A stretch of 64,000 bases of DNA, taken from assembly GCA_963793005.1 (NCBI GenBank), contig CAWBYP010000006.1:26785-90784 (forward strand), given 5' to 3'. The DNA comes from an uncultured Gammaproteobacteria bacterium. Its GTDB lineage: Bacteria; Pseudomonadota; Gammaproteobacteria; Steroidobacterales; Steroidobacteraceae. The stretch's first letter is position 1. Each line of letters begins with the position of its first letter. A program made the translations under genes and the position numbers. The notes beneath the pieces were generated by a model that saw only the letters and a list, made by a program, of their open reading frames with translations, was not told where the DNA came from and did no database searches. This document shows positions 18,983-27,563 of the stretch, piece after piece.

Positions 18983-19744
18983 TCAGCGCCGGACGACGGC
19001 GACCAGCGGTCGCTCCGGGCGGGCGAGGCAGGCCAGGATCACCCGGTCGAAGCGGTCGGAGAGACCGAGTGCAACTTCGGCCGCCCTCCTCGCAAGCGCC
19101 TCGCGCGTGTCGTCATCGACCATGTTGATCAGCGGCACCACGCACCGCTGTCCGGTTGCCTTCATCATGCCGTCCGGACTGGCCAGCAGCCGTCCCAGGT
19201 GCTCGGCCGTGATCGTCTCGCCCTCGCGGAGACCCGCTACCCGCTCGACATGTCCGACCCGGTGCGCGATGGCCTGGGTCAACGGCTCCCCGATCGCGCG
19301 TGCCGACAGGATGGGCACGACGGTCGTGCAACCCGGCGGCAGCGCGGGCTCGTCGTCCCTGGGCGCCTTCACCATGCGCATCCTCGCGCCGTCGGCCTTG
19401 ACGTAGGTTGCCGCAAATCCGCACTCGCGATGGATTCGCTCAATCGTCGCGGCGCTCGCGCCCGCACGCCGCCCGGGCTTGTCGCCGGGGCAGGCGTACG
19501 CGACGCTCCGCAGAGGGTCGAGGCTCGCCACGCGTGCGGGAAGCTGCTCGTCCTCTTCTATCGCAACAGCGAACCCGAGGTGTTCCTGCGAATATGTCGT
19601 GAAGGCAGTCGCCGTGATCGCGACGCGGCCAGGATGCGTCGTCGCGAGGTGCTGCAGCAGGCTCTTCTTGCCCCCGGCACCGACCGCGCAGACGATTCCC
19701 GTGCGCGCCTCGAGCAGGTCGAGCAGGGACTCGCCAGGGCTCAT
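18983..19744 (-). CDS. YqeC-like P-loop accessory protein (selenium-dependent Mo-hydroxylase accessory family)
   Basis: 253 aa. The opening 'GIVCAVGAGGKKSLL...RVAITATAFTT' matches the YqeC-family opening as I recall it. The assignment needs HMM confirmation. Confidence 0.6.
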   Translation of the reverse strand: MSPGESLLDLLEARTGIVCAVGAGGKKSLLQHLATTHPGRVAITATAFTTYSQEHLGFAVAIEEDEQLPARVASLDPLRSVAYACPGDKPGRRAGASAATIERIHRECGFAATYVKADGARMRMVKAPRDDEPALPPGCTTVVPILSARAIGEPLTQAIAHRVGHVERVAGLREGETITAEHLGRLLASPDGMMKATGQRCVVPLINMVDDDTREALARRAAEVALGLSDRFDRVILACLARPERPLVAVVRR

Positions 19745-19769
19745 CGCCCCACCGCTGCGTCCGGCGGCC

Positions 19770-20879
19770 TCATGACGGCAATTCCACGAAGCGCACGCTC
19801 AGTATTCTTGGCAGGAACTCGGCGACCAGCTCCCATTGTTCGCCATGACTTCGGCTCAGGAACAGGTGCCCCGACGATGTGCCGAAACAAACGTGGCCCG
19901 GCGTGAACCCGCTCGCGTCCATGGCCTCGCGCAGCACCGTGACATATGCGTGCTGCTGGGGCAGCCCGCTCGATACGGACGCCCATGTATTCCCGGCGTC
20001 GGTGCTGCGAAATACGCGCAGCCGTCCATCGACGGTGGCGCGCAGCTGCGAACTGTCCTCGGGCACCTGGTACACGGTGTCGGGTTCGACCGGATCGCAC
20101 ACGATCGCGTAGCCGAAGTCGCTGGGCAGGCCAGCGGTGATCTCCGTCCAGTGCTGTCCGCCGTCGTCGCTGCGATAGGTTCCGTTGTAGCACTGCCGGT
20201 ACAGCCGACGCCCATCCAGGGGATGCATCACCACGCGGTGCACATTGTGTCCGGCCACCGGGTAGCGTTCCGGCAGGTTCTCGGCGCGCACTCCTGAATT
20301 CGCGGGATGCCAGGACTCGCCACCGTCATCGCTGCGGTACACGCCGCCCGCCGACACAGCAACGACGATTCGTCGCGGATCCTGCCGGTCGATGCAGATC
20401 GAATGCATTGCGAACAGGCCGCGCGACGGTTCCCAGGCGTTGCGCGTCTCGTGCTCATTCAGCGACCGGACGTCGCGCCAGCGCGCGCCACCGTCGTCGC
20501 TGGTGAAAAGCCCCGCAGGATCGATGCCGGCGTACAGCCGCTTGCCGTCCGGCGACCATGCGAGATGCCAGACCGAATTCAGCGAGCTCGAAAAACGCTG
20601 CCGGGGATGCTGCGGCGTGGTGTCGAGGCTCGTCCATTCGCTGCCGCCGTCGCGACTGCGATAGATGTGCGAGCCCCATACGGCATGGTCCGCGGTCGCG
20701 AGCATTTCGCCGGAATTCCCCGGGGCCGACACTGTGTGCAGCACGCGGTAGCCGGCAAGCTGCGGTCCATCGACCCGTGGCCCATCGGTGCCGCGGCCCG
20801 GATAGACGCGAAACAGTCCCTTCTCCGTGCCGACCAGCAGCGCGAAGCTGCCAGCGCGTCGCGCTGGCCCCGCGGTCAC
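19770..20879 (-). CDS. BNR/Asp-box repeat beta-propeller protein (sialidase-fold, no signal peptide seen)
   Basis: Five Asp-box motifs are present: 'SRDGGSEW', 'SDDGGARW', 'SDDGGESW', 'SDDGGQHW' and 'STDAGNTW'. The track ORF starts at 20918. A GTG at 20879 overlaps the moaB stop as GTGA, so it is preferred. Confidence 0.75.
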   Translation of the reverse strand: MTAGPARRAGSFALLVGTEKGLFRVYPGRGTDGPRVDGPQLAGYRVLHTVSAPGNSGEMLATADHAVWGSHIYRSRDGGSEWTSLDTTPQHPRQRFSSSLNSVWHLAWSPDGKRLYAGIDPAGLFTSDDGGARWRDVRSLNEHETRNAWEPSRGLFAMHSICIDRQDPRRIVVAVSAGGVYRSDDGGESWHPANSGVRAENLPERYPVAGHNVHRVVMHPLDGRRLYRQCYNGTYRSDDGGQHWTEITAGLPSDFGYAIVCDPVEPDTVYQVPEDSSQLRATVDGRLRVFRSTDAGNTWASVSSGLPQQHAYVTVLREAMDASGFTPGHVCFGTSSGHLFLSRSHGEQWELVAEFLPRILSVRFVELPS

Positions 20880-21439
20880 TTCTCCCTCAGCCGTGGCATC
20901 AGCTCGACGAGGTTGCACGGTCGCGTGCGGGCATCGAGCTGCGCCGCGATCAGCTCGTCCCAGGCCGTGGCGCAGGCGCCGGACGAGCCGGGCACGCAGA
21001 ACACGTAGGTTGCGTTGGCCACGCCGCCGAGGGCGCGCGACTGCAGCGTCGAGGTCTTGATGTCGGCATATGAAATCGAGCGGAACATCTCGCCGAAGCC
21101 GTCGAGTACCTTGTCGAGCAGCGGACGCACGGCCTCGGGCGTTCCATCCCGCCCGGTCACGCCGGTGCCGCCCGTGGTGATGACCGCGTTGACCTCCGGG
21201 TCTGCGATCCAGCGCGATAGCGCCGCGCGGATCTGGTAGATGTCGTCGGGGACGATCAGCTTCTCCGCCAGCCTGTGCCCTGCGCCGGTCAATCGCTCGA
21301 CCAGCAGCTTGCCCGACTTGTCGGACTGCTCGTCGCGCGAATCCGATACTGTGAGTATCGCGATGCTGACCGGCAGGAATTTCCGTTCCCCGCCTCCATG
21401 TGCATAGGACATGCGTTCGCTCCCGTCGATCAATGGCAC
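20876..21439 (-). CDS. moaB: molybdenum cofactor biosynthesis protein MoaB
   Basis: 187 aa. MogA/MoaB fold, with 'IAILTVSDSRDEQSDKSG' and 'ITTGGTGVTGRD'. Confidence 0.88.
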   Translation of the reverse strand: MPLIDGSERMSYAHGGGERKFLPVSIAILTVSDSRDEQSDKSGKLLVERLTGAGHRLAEKLIVPDDIYQIRAALSRWIADPEVNAVITTGGTGVTGRDGTPEAVRPLLDKVLDGFGEMFRSISYADIKTSTLQSRALGGVANATYVFCVPGSSGACATAWDELIAAQLDARTRPCNLVELMPRLREK

Positions 21440-21443
21440 CGGC

Positions 21444-22754
21444 TCAGGCGAGACCGGCGAATGGTTGCACCTCGACCTCGGTGCCCGGCTCCACGTCGCC
21501 CTGCTCGAGCGGCAGGATGATGAAGCAATTGGCCTCGCTCATCGAGCGCAGCACGCCCGCGCCCTGGTGGCCGCTGCTGCGAACCGTATACGCGCCGGAC
21601 GGCCGGCGCTCGAAGCGGCCGCGCTGGAATTCGAGCCGACCTGGTTTCTTGCGGAGTCGCGTCTCGCATTCGGCGCGCAGCAGGATCGGCGGATCATCGT
21701 TCGTCACCCCCATCAGCGCGCGCAGCGCCGGCTGCACCAGCTGGTAGAAAGTCACCATCACGGACACCGGGTTGCCCGGCAGGCCGAAGAAATGGGCCCT
21801 GCCGAAGCGGCCGAATGCGATCGGCTTGCCCGGCTTCATCGCCACTTTCCAGAACCCCACCTGGCCATGCCGCTCCAGCGTCTCCGTCACATAGTCGGCG
21901 TCGCCGACCGACACGCCGCCGGTCGTCACGATCGCGTCGGCCGACCCGGCAGCGGACTGGAACGCGCGCAGCGTGTCTTCGCGAGTGTCCCTGACGACCC
22001 CGAGGTCGACGACCTCGACGCCGAGCCGCGTAAGCATTCCGTGCAGGCTGTAGCGATTGCTGTCGTAGATCTGGCCAGGGCCCAGTTCGTCGCCGATCGG
22101 CCTCAATTCGTCACCGGTCGAGAAAATCGCGACGCGCGGGCGGCGCAGCACCGTGACCTGCCCGACCCCGATCGATGCCAGCAAGCCGAGTTGCGCGGGG
22201 CGCAGCAGCGTGCCGGGCTCGAGCGCGAGCTCGCCACGACGTATGTCCTCGCCAGCGGGCCGAACGTTCTGGCCCTGGTGGTGGCCGGCTTCGATCACGG
22301 CTCGATCACCGTCCAGTCGAACGTGCTCCTGCATCACGACCGTGTCAGTGCCCTCCGGCACCGTCGCGCCCGTCATGATGCGCACGCACTGGCCTTGCTT
22401 CACCGTGCCGCCGAAGGGTCGTCCCGCCCACGAGGTCCCGACGATCCCGAAGGCTGCTTCGCCGGTGCGCGGCAGGTCCTCACCGGCAAGCGCGTAACCG
22501 TCCATCGCCGAATTTCTGTGCGACGGAACGTCCACGCTGGAATGCACCGCGCCCGCCAGCACCCGTCCGAGCGCGGCCTGCAGGCCGACGGTCTCCTCAT
22601 CGGCGACCGGCACGATGTCGGCAACGATCAGCGCCCTCGCCTCTTCCAGCCGCAGGGGCTTCTTGCCATGACCCGGCAGGTCGCAGGGATCGACGCCGGC
22701 CGGCAGTGGATCGTGAACTTTCGTCATCGGTGCGCCCGTCCGTGCATGGTGCAA
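21444..22754 (-). CDS. moeA: molybdopterin molybdotransferase MoeA
   Basis: 436 aa. MoeA N/linker/MPT-binding/C domains, with 'SAMDGYA', 'STGDEL' and 'TTGGVSVGDAD'. An alternative start at 'MTKVHD' (22727) is possible. Confidence 0.92.
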   Translation of the reverse strand: MHHARTGAPMTKVHDPLPAGVDPCDLPGHGKKPLRLEEARALIVADIVPVADEETVGLQAALGRVLAGAVHSSVDVPSHRNSAMDGYALAGEDLPRTGEAAFGIVGTSWAGRPFGGTVKQGQCVRIMTGATVPEGTDTVVMQEHVRLDGDRAVIEAGHHQGQNVRPAGEDIRRGELALEPGTLLRPAQLGLLASIGVGQVTVLRRPRVAIFSTGDELRPIGDELGPGQIYDSNRYSLHGMLTRLGVEVVDLGVVRDTREDTLRAFQSAAGSADAIVTTGGVSVGDADYVTETLERHGQVGFWKVAMKPGKPIAFGRFGRAHFFGLPGNPVSVMVTFYQLVQPALRALMGVTNDDPPILLRAECETRLRKKPGRLEFQRGRFERRPSGAYTVRSSGHQGAGVLRSMSEANCFIILPLEQGDVEPGTEVEVQPFAGLA

Positions 22755-22766
22755 TGCTACCGAGCG

Positions 22767-23396
22767 CTACCCGCGCGTGGAAAGAAATCGCGCCTCGAGT
22801 CGCTGGCGTTCGTCCGGGTCGTTCACGTTGACGAAGGTATCCGGCGCGTCGCTCAAGTCGGCCTCGGCGAGGTTCAACTGCTGGAACCAGGTGTCGATCT
22901 TGCGGCCGCCGGCAGCAAGATACGACTCGAGGCCCGGCGCCACACGGGCGTGCAGCAGCAGGAACACCGGTTGTTGCCGACGCCCGTCCGTCGCCACTGC
23001 GACGTCGGCCTGCGCATCGATACAGGCCTCGTGCATCCGGCGCGCGAGATCATGAGCGACCAGCGGCGCGTCGCAGGGCACGGTCAGCAGGAATTCGGTC
23101 TCGAGGCTGCGCAGGCCGGCGAGCACGCCGGCCAGCGGGCCGAGGAAGCCGTCAAGCGTGTCGGGGACCACCGGGTGACCGAAGGCAGCATAGCGATCGA
23201 GATTCCGGTTCGCGTTGATCAGTACCTGGCCCACCTGCGGCGTCAGCGCGTCGAGCACATACTCGATCATCGGCCTGCCGAGCAGTTCCACGAGCCCTTT
23301 GTCCTGGCCGCCCATGCGACGCGCGAGTCCGCCTGCCAGGACCAGCCCGGTGACAGCGTCCTTCAAAAAGTGCGGTTCCTGGATTGGGGTCGCCAT
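22767..23396 (-). CDS. mobA: molybdenum cofactor guanylyltransferase MobA
   Basis: Start trimmed to 'MATPIQEP'. The sequence 'GLVLAGGLARRMGGQDKGL' is the MobA nucleotide-binding signature. Confidence 0.88.
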   Translation of the reverse strand: MATPIQEPHFLKDAVTGLVLAGGLARRMGGQDKGLVELLGRPMIEYVLDALTPQVGQVLINANRNLDRYAAFGHPVVPDTLDGFLGPLAGVLAGLRSLETEFLLTVPCDAPLVAHDLARRMHEACIDAQADVAVATDGRRQQPVFLLLHARVAPGLESYLAAGGRKIDTWFQQLNLAEADLSDAPDTFVNVNDPDERQRLEARFLSTRG

Positions 23397-23595
23397 TCGT
23401 TGCCAATTCTGCCGACCCGCAGACCGCTTGTCGCTTAAATGCCATCCACTGGCGCAGCGATGGCCGCTACCGAGGACAAATTGACGCACCCGCCGGGACC
23501 GGTTGCGCCATTCTGTCCCAGCACGTAGCCTATTTCACTGTCAGTACCAGCCGCGGAATCGCTGGACGCGGACACACCGGAGAAGAAAAAGAGAC

Positions 23596-25020
23596 ATGCC
23601 CAGGTTCGAACAGCCGGCAGACGGCAACACGGCGGCGCCCGGCGCGCTGCCCACGCAGGCAGGCCTGTCGCTGCTGTTCATCGGCGAGGCCTGCTGCGGC
23701 GACGAGCGGCAGCGGCGATCGCTGCGCCAGCACGCGGCGGTGGCCGAGTTCGTCGCGAGCGTCGGCGATGCGGAGCGCCTGCTGCCGCGCTGTCACTTCG
23801 ACTGCATCGTGGTCGAGGTTGGATCGGCCGCGGACCCTGCGCTCGCATGGATCGATAACCTGCATCGCTCGGGGACCGCGCCGTGCATCTGCGTTTCGGC
23901 GCCGGACAATGCATCGCTGGCCGAAGCCAGCCTGCTCGCGGGCGCCTCCGCCGTACTGCCGCTGCCGCTGGACGCAAAGTCCCTGCACCGGTTCATCGCC
24001 ACGCAGCGGAAACCGCCCGCGTACCCCCAGGCATCGCCGGCGCTGCGTGGGGACGCGACGGCCCCACGTGCGACGCGTGTGCAACTTGTCGGCGACGGAG
24101 CGCCGATACGCCGCGTGCGCCAGGTCATCGACCGTGTGGCGCCCACGCCGGCGACGGTGCTGATCGAGGGCCACACCGGCACCGGCAAGGAACTCGTCGC
24201 GCAACTGGTGCACGAGCGCAGCGGCCGGCGCGGGCCCTTCGTGCCGGTGAACTGCGGCGCGATTCCGCCCGACCTGATGGAGACGGAACTTTTCGGCCAC
24301 GCCAAGGGCGCATTCACCGGCGCGCACCAGCAGCGCGACGGCCTGTTCGTCGCGGCCAGGGGCGGCACGCTGTTCCTCGACGAAGTGAGCGAAATGCGCA
24401 GCGACCTGCAGGTGAAGCTGCTGCGCGCACTGGAGGAAGGCAGGATCCGGCCGGTCGGCGCGGACCGCGAAATCCCGATCGACGTTCGAATCATCGCATC
24501 CGCACAGCCGGGGCTGCGCGAGCGGGTGCGGGAGCGCGGGTTCCGCGAGGACCTTTTCTACCGGCTTAACGTGGTCCATATACTGCTGCCGTGCCTGCGT
24601 GAACGGCGCGAGGACATCCCGGCGCTCGTGCAGCACTTCATGCGGCGGGTCGCGGATGAATTCAGCATGACGCCCGTGGCACTCGACGAAACCGCGCTCG
24701 GCGCGCTGTGCGCCAGGGACTGGCCGGGCAATGTTCGTGAACTGCGCAACGTCATCGAGCGCACGGTATTGATGGGTGGCCCGCCTGAGGAAGATCCCTC
24801 CGCCGCAGCGCTGTCGCAGGTCGCCGAGGTCGATACCAGCGGCGGCGCTTACCCGCTCGACTGGACACTCGAACAGGTCAAGCAGGCGCACATGATGCGT
24901 GTGCTCGAACAGAACAATGGCAATCGCTCGGCGACCGCGCGACAACTAGGCGTGTCGCGCAAGACGCTGGAGCGGCGGCTGGGCCGCGGCGGCGGTGACG
25001 CCGGCGACGGGGAATCCTGA
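23596..25020 (+). CDS. sigma-54-dependent transcriptional activator (bEBP) with degenerate N-terminal receiver-like domain
   Basis: Start trimmed to 'MPRFEQ' (ATG 23596). The AAA+ core has Walker A 'GHTGTGKE' and the sigma-54 contact loop 'GAFTGA'. The C-terminal HTH is 'SATARQLGVSRKTLERRL'. Confidence 0.9.
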   Translation: MPRFEQPADGNTAAPGALPTQAGLSLLFIGEACCGDERQRRSLRQHAAVAEFVASVGDAERLLPRCHFDCIVVEVGSAADPALAWIDNLHRSGTAPCICVSAPDNASLAEASLLAGASAVLPLPLDAKSLHRFIATQRKPPAYPQASPALRGDATAPRATRVQLVGDGAPIRRVRQVIDRVAPTPATVLIEGHTGTGKELVAQLVHERSGRRGPFVPVNCGAIPPDLMETELFGHAKGAFTGAHQQRDGLFVAARGGTLFLDEVSEMRSDLQVKLLRALEEGRIRPVGADREIPIDVRIIASAQPGLRERVRERGFREDLFYRLNVVHILLPCLRERREDIPALVQHFMRRVADEFSMTPVALDETALGALCARDWPGNVRELRNVIERTVLMGGPPEEDPSAAALSQVAEVDTSGGAYPLDWTLEQVKQAHMMRVLEQNNGNRSATARQLGVSRKTLERRLGRGGGDAGDGES

Positions 25021-25063
25021 TCAACCGGCGGCCCGACGGCCGCGAGACCATGGAGATACACGA

Positions 25064-25285
25064 ATGTCGGAACAGTCCTTCGACGAAGAAAAATTTACTG
25101 GCGAAATCCGCAAGTTCCTGAAGAAGGTGGGCATCACCTCGCAGATCGAAATGGAGAATGCAGCGCGAGCGGCGCTGGCCGCCGGCACGCTCGACACATC
25201 ACGGCCGCTGCAGGCGGTGATGGTGCTCGAGGTGCCCGCGCTCGGCCTGCGCCACACGGTGGAGCACCAGCTCGCCCTGGATTGA
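25064..25285 (+). CDS. small DUF6494-like protein
   Basis: 73 aa, 'MSEQSFDEEKFTGEIRKFLKKVGITSQIEMENAARAAL...'. A GGAGA RBS lies 8 nt upstream. It sits directly downstream of the bEBP. Confidence 0.6.
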   Translation: MSEQSFDEEKFTGEIRKFLKKVGITSQIEMENAARAALAAGTLDTSRPLQAVMVLEVPALGLRHTVEHQLALD

Positions 25286-25291
25286 CCGGCC

Positions 25292-26230
25292 TCAGGCGGT
25301 CCAGACGATCTCGCCGGACCCCGCCAGGTCATAGCCGCCGAATACCTGGGCCAGGCGCTGGCACTCGGGTCCCCGCAGCACATCGACGAGGTCGCGAAAC
25401 AGCGTGCGGAAATAGACCCCGCGCGACATGGCGAGGTCGAAGGCCTCCCATCCGATCGGCAGGAACTCGAGCCCGAACTCGCCCGCCGCCGCCCTGACCC
25501 CCGGCGCAACGTCGGCCTGCCCGGTCGCAATGGCCGAGGCGGCGTCGCGCTCCGAATAAGCGCGTGCGGTGATCCTGCGGTCCGCGGGATCGAGTCGATG
25601 CTCCGCGATCAGTTCGCGCAGGAAGCGTTGCGACCCGGCTCCCTCCTGCCGCGAAGCCCAGCGGATTCCGGTCGTGAATAATTGCTCGATGCGGCTGTCG
25701 GACGTCCACAGCCCGGGCGTCATGATCAGTCCCTGCTCGCGACGGAACAGCCTCACGAGGATCCAGTCCTTGTGCTGCACGTACTGCCTCAACAGCGCGG
25801 GATGACGCTGCAGGCTTTCGCTCTCGGGCCCCCAGTGCAGCGCGCACACGTCGGCCCGCCGCCGCGCGAGGACCTCGAGGCCGGGTTGCGTGCCGATGGC
25901 CGCGTAACTGACCAGCGCGCGTCCCTGCAGTTCGGCAGCCATCAACGTCACCGCGCGATGCAGCAGCGGGTCGTCGCTGCCGGCGATGACGAGGCGGTCG
26001 GTCAGCAGGCCACCGTGGCTCGACTCCAGCAACCACTGGTCCACGAGGTCGCGCGGGAACAACCACTTGCCGGTCAGCCGCGTCGCCGGGATCCGGCCTT
26101 CGTTGACCAGCGCATACACCTTCTTGTCGTTTATCTGAAGGTAGCGCGCCACCTGCCGCACGTTCATGAAGCGCGGCGTCTCGTGCGGCGGAGTCTCGGC
26201 CGCGGTCGTATCTGGCTTGCTGGCTGGCAT
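25292..26230 (-). CDS. excisionase/MerR-type HTH fused to PBP-like (molybdate/tungstate-binding-like, COG1910-type) domain regulator
   Basis: Start trimmed to 'MPASKPD'. The HTH is 'VRQVARYLQINDKKVYALVNEGRIPATRLTGKWLF'. The remaining roughly 230 aa look like a periplasmic-binding-protein-like fold. Confidence 0.75.
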   Translation of the reverse strand: MPASKPDTTAAETPPHETPRFMNVRQVARYLQINDKKVYALVNEGRIPATRLTGKWLFPRDLVDQWLLESSHGGLLTDRLVIAGSDDPLLHRAVTLMAAELQGRALVSYAAIGTQPGLEVLARRRADVCALHWGPESESLQRHPALLRQYVQHKDWILVRLFRREQGLIMTPGLWTSDSRIEQLFTTGIRWASRQEGAGSQRFLRELIAEHRLDPADRRITARAYSERDAASAIATGQADVAPGVRAAAGEFGLEFLPIGWEAFDLAMSRGVYFRTLFRDLVDVLRGPECQRLAQVFGGYDLAGSGEIVWTA

Positions 26231-26442
26231 TCGCGGACTCCTCGCGGGATCGCCGTGTGCGCATCGGCGGCGCCGCACTGCGCCATCGATATACGAGTCA
26301 TCTGCAAGATTCGTACCCTGCGCCCGGCCTGTTGCCTGGCCATACGCCTGGCCGGGCCATCCACCCGCCTGCCCATCGGGATGCCGGCTGGTGCAGAATG
26401 AACGGCGTCGGCTCGTCGGGCCGTCCAGTGGGAGTGAGGCCA

Positions 26443-26931
26443 ATGCCCGTGGAACCAAGAATCAGCCTGCCCGTGGCCGTGATCATGGGCCGCAGGATGG
26501 TTGCGGGCCAGGGCTGGCGGGTGCCGAGCTGGCGCGTCGTGGCGCTCGTGGCCGGGTCCGGGCTTCCGGGCAAGGAAGCGCAGGGCACGCCGGTCCGCGG
26601 TGACGACGACGAAGAACATTTCCTCTGGGGCGGGCTCCGGCTCGACCTGTACCGTGACGCGGCCGAGAGTTACTGGGTCAACCTGACCGGGCGGCAGCCC
26701 TCGCTTTACGTGCTGTGCAGCGAGGATGAGCAGTCCAGGATCATTCCCACGCTCGTGACCGCGGACCAGAACGAGGCCTGCTCGGGCGTAGAAGGCGACG
26801 ACCGCGTGTTTTCAGCGGCGATTCCCCCGGAGATCTACCAGCACCTCGAGGCATTCGTGGTCGAGTACAACGTTCCACAGCAAAAGCGCAAGCGCAAGCG
26901 CACGGACTGGTCTGCGAGCGAGGAATCGTGA
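26443..26931 (+). CDS. DUF3305-like protein (FDH-associated)
   Basis: Start trimmed to 'MPVEPRISLPVAVIM', with a GGAGTGAGG RBS. The sequence includes 'YWVNLTGRQPSLYVL' and a KRKRKR tail. The family call is from memory. Confidence 0.65.
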   Translation: MPVEPRISLPVAVIMGRRMVAGQGWRVPSWRVVALVAGSGLPGKEAQGTPVRGDDDEEHFLWGGLRLDLYRDAAESYWVNLTGRQPSLYVLCSEDEQSRIIPTLVTADQNEACSGVEGDDRVFSAAIPPEIYQHLEAFVVEYNVPQQKRKRKRTDWSASEES

Positions 26932-27563
26932 GCAGACGCGATACCGACGCCGCGGACCACGACACTGCCGACGAACCCTTCCTGCAGCGCTGGTCGAGAC
27001 TCAAGTCGGAGACACGCGATACCGGGCGGTCCGCTGTCGAGCCGGATGACACGACGCCACCTGCGCCCGTGGCCGAAGACCGGCCTGCGCCGTCCCCGTC
27101 TGCCGAAGGGACAGGGCCCAAAGGCATCGCGCTGCCGGATCTTGAATCGCTGGGTCCGGATTCGGACTACAGCGCCTTCCTCGGACCCGACGTCGATTTG
27201 TCGCTGCGTCGAGCCGCGCTGCGCAAGCTGTTCCGCAGCCCGAAGTTCAATGTCCTGGACGGGCTGGACGACTACTGCGACGACTTTACGCAATTCGCGC
27301 CGCTGGCTGGCATCGTGACCGCTGACATGCGGCACCACGTCGAGCGCGCGGCCAGGGAACTCCTGTCGGCCGAAGACGGGAAGCAGCTGGGCCCGCCGAC
27401 CGACGATGAACCGGGGCCACGCTTGCCGGGCGCAGCAGCCGACAACGCCGCAACCCGCGAACCTGCCGACGATACCGCCGCGGCATCCGGCATCGTGAGC
27501 GGTGATACTGCTGACCCTGCCACCGAGGAACCAGAACAAGATGCCGATCGCAGGCCTGCCTGA
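26928..27563 (+). CDS. DUF3306-like protein (FDH-associated)
   Basis: The GTG start overlaps the upstream stop as GTGA. The sequence includes 'EPFLQRWSRLK', a low-complexity acidic/Pro middle, and 'LRKLFRSPKFNVLDGLDDYCDDFT'. Confidence 0.65.
   Translation: MSRRDTDAADHDTADEPFLQRWSRLKSETRDTGRSAVEPDDTTPPAPVAEDRPAPSPSAEGTGPKGIALPDLESLGPDSDYSAFLGPDVDLSLRRAALRKLFRSPKFNVLDGLDDYCDDFTQFAPLAGIVTADMRHHVERAARELLSAEDGKQLGPPTDDEPGPRLPGAAADNAATREPADDTAAASGIVSGDTADPATEEPEQDADRRPA

Noticed and set aside
23397-23595. Moco riboswitch or sigma-54 promoter in the mobA / bEBP divergent spacer.
   Set aside because: I recognised no GG-N10-GC element with correct spacing on either strand. 'TGGCAACGAATGGCG' has N9 and overlaps the mobA ATG. 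I cannot verify the Moco RNA motif by eye, so a scan with the Rfam Moco covariance model would decide.
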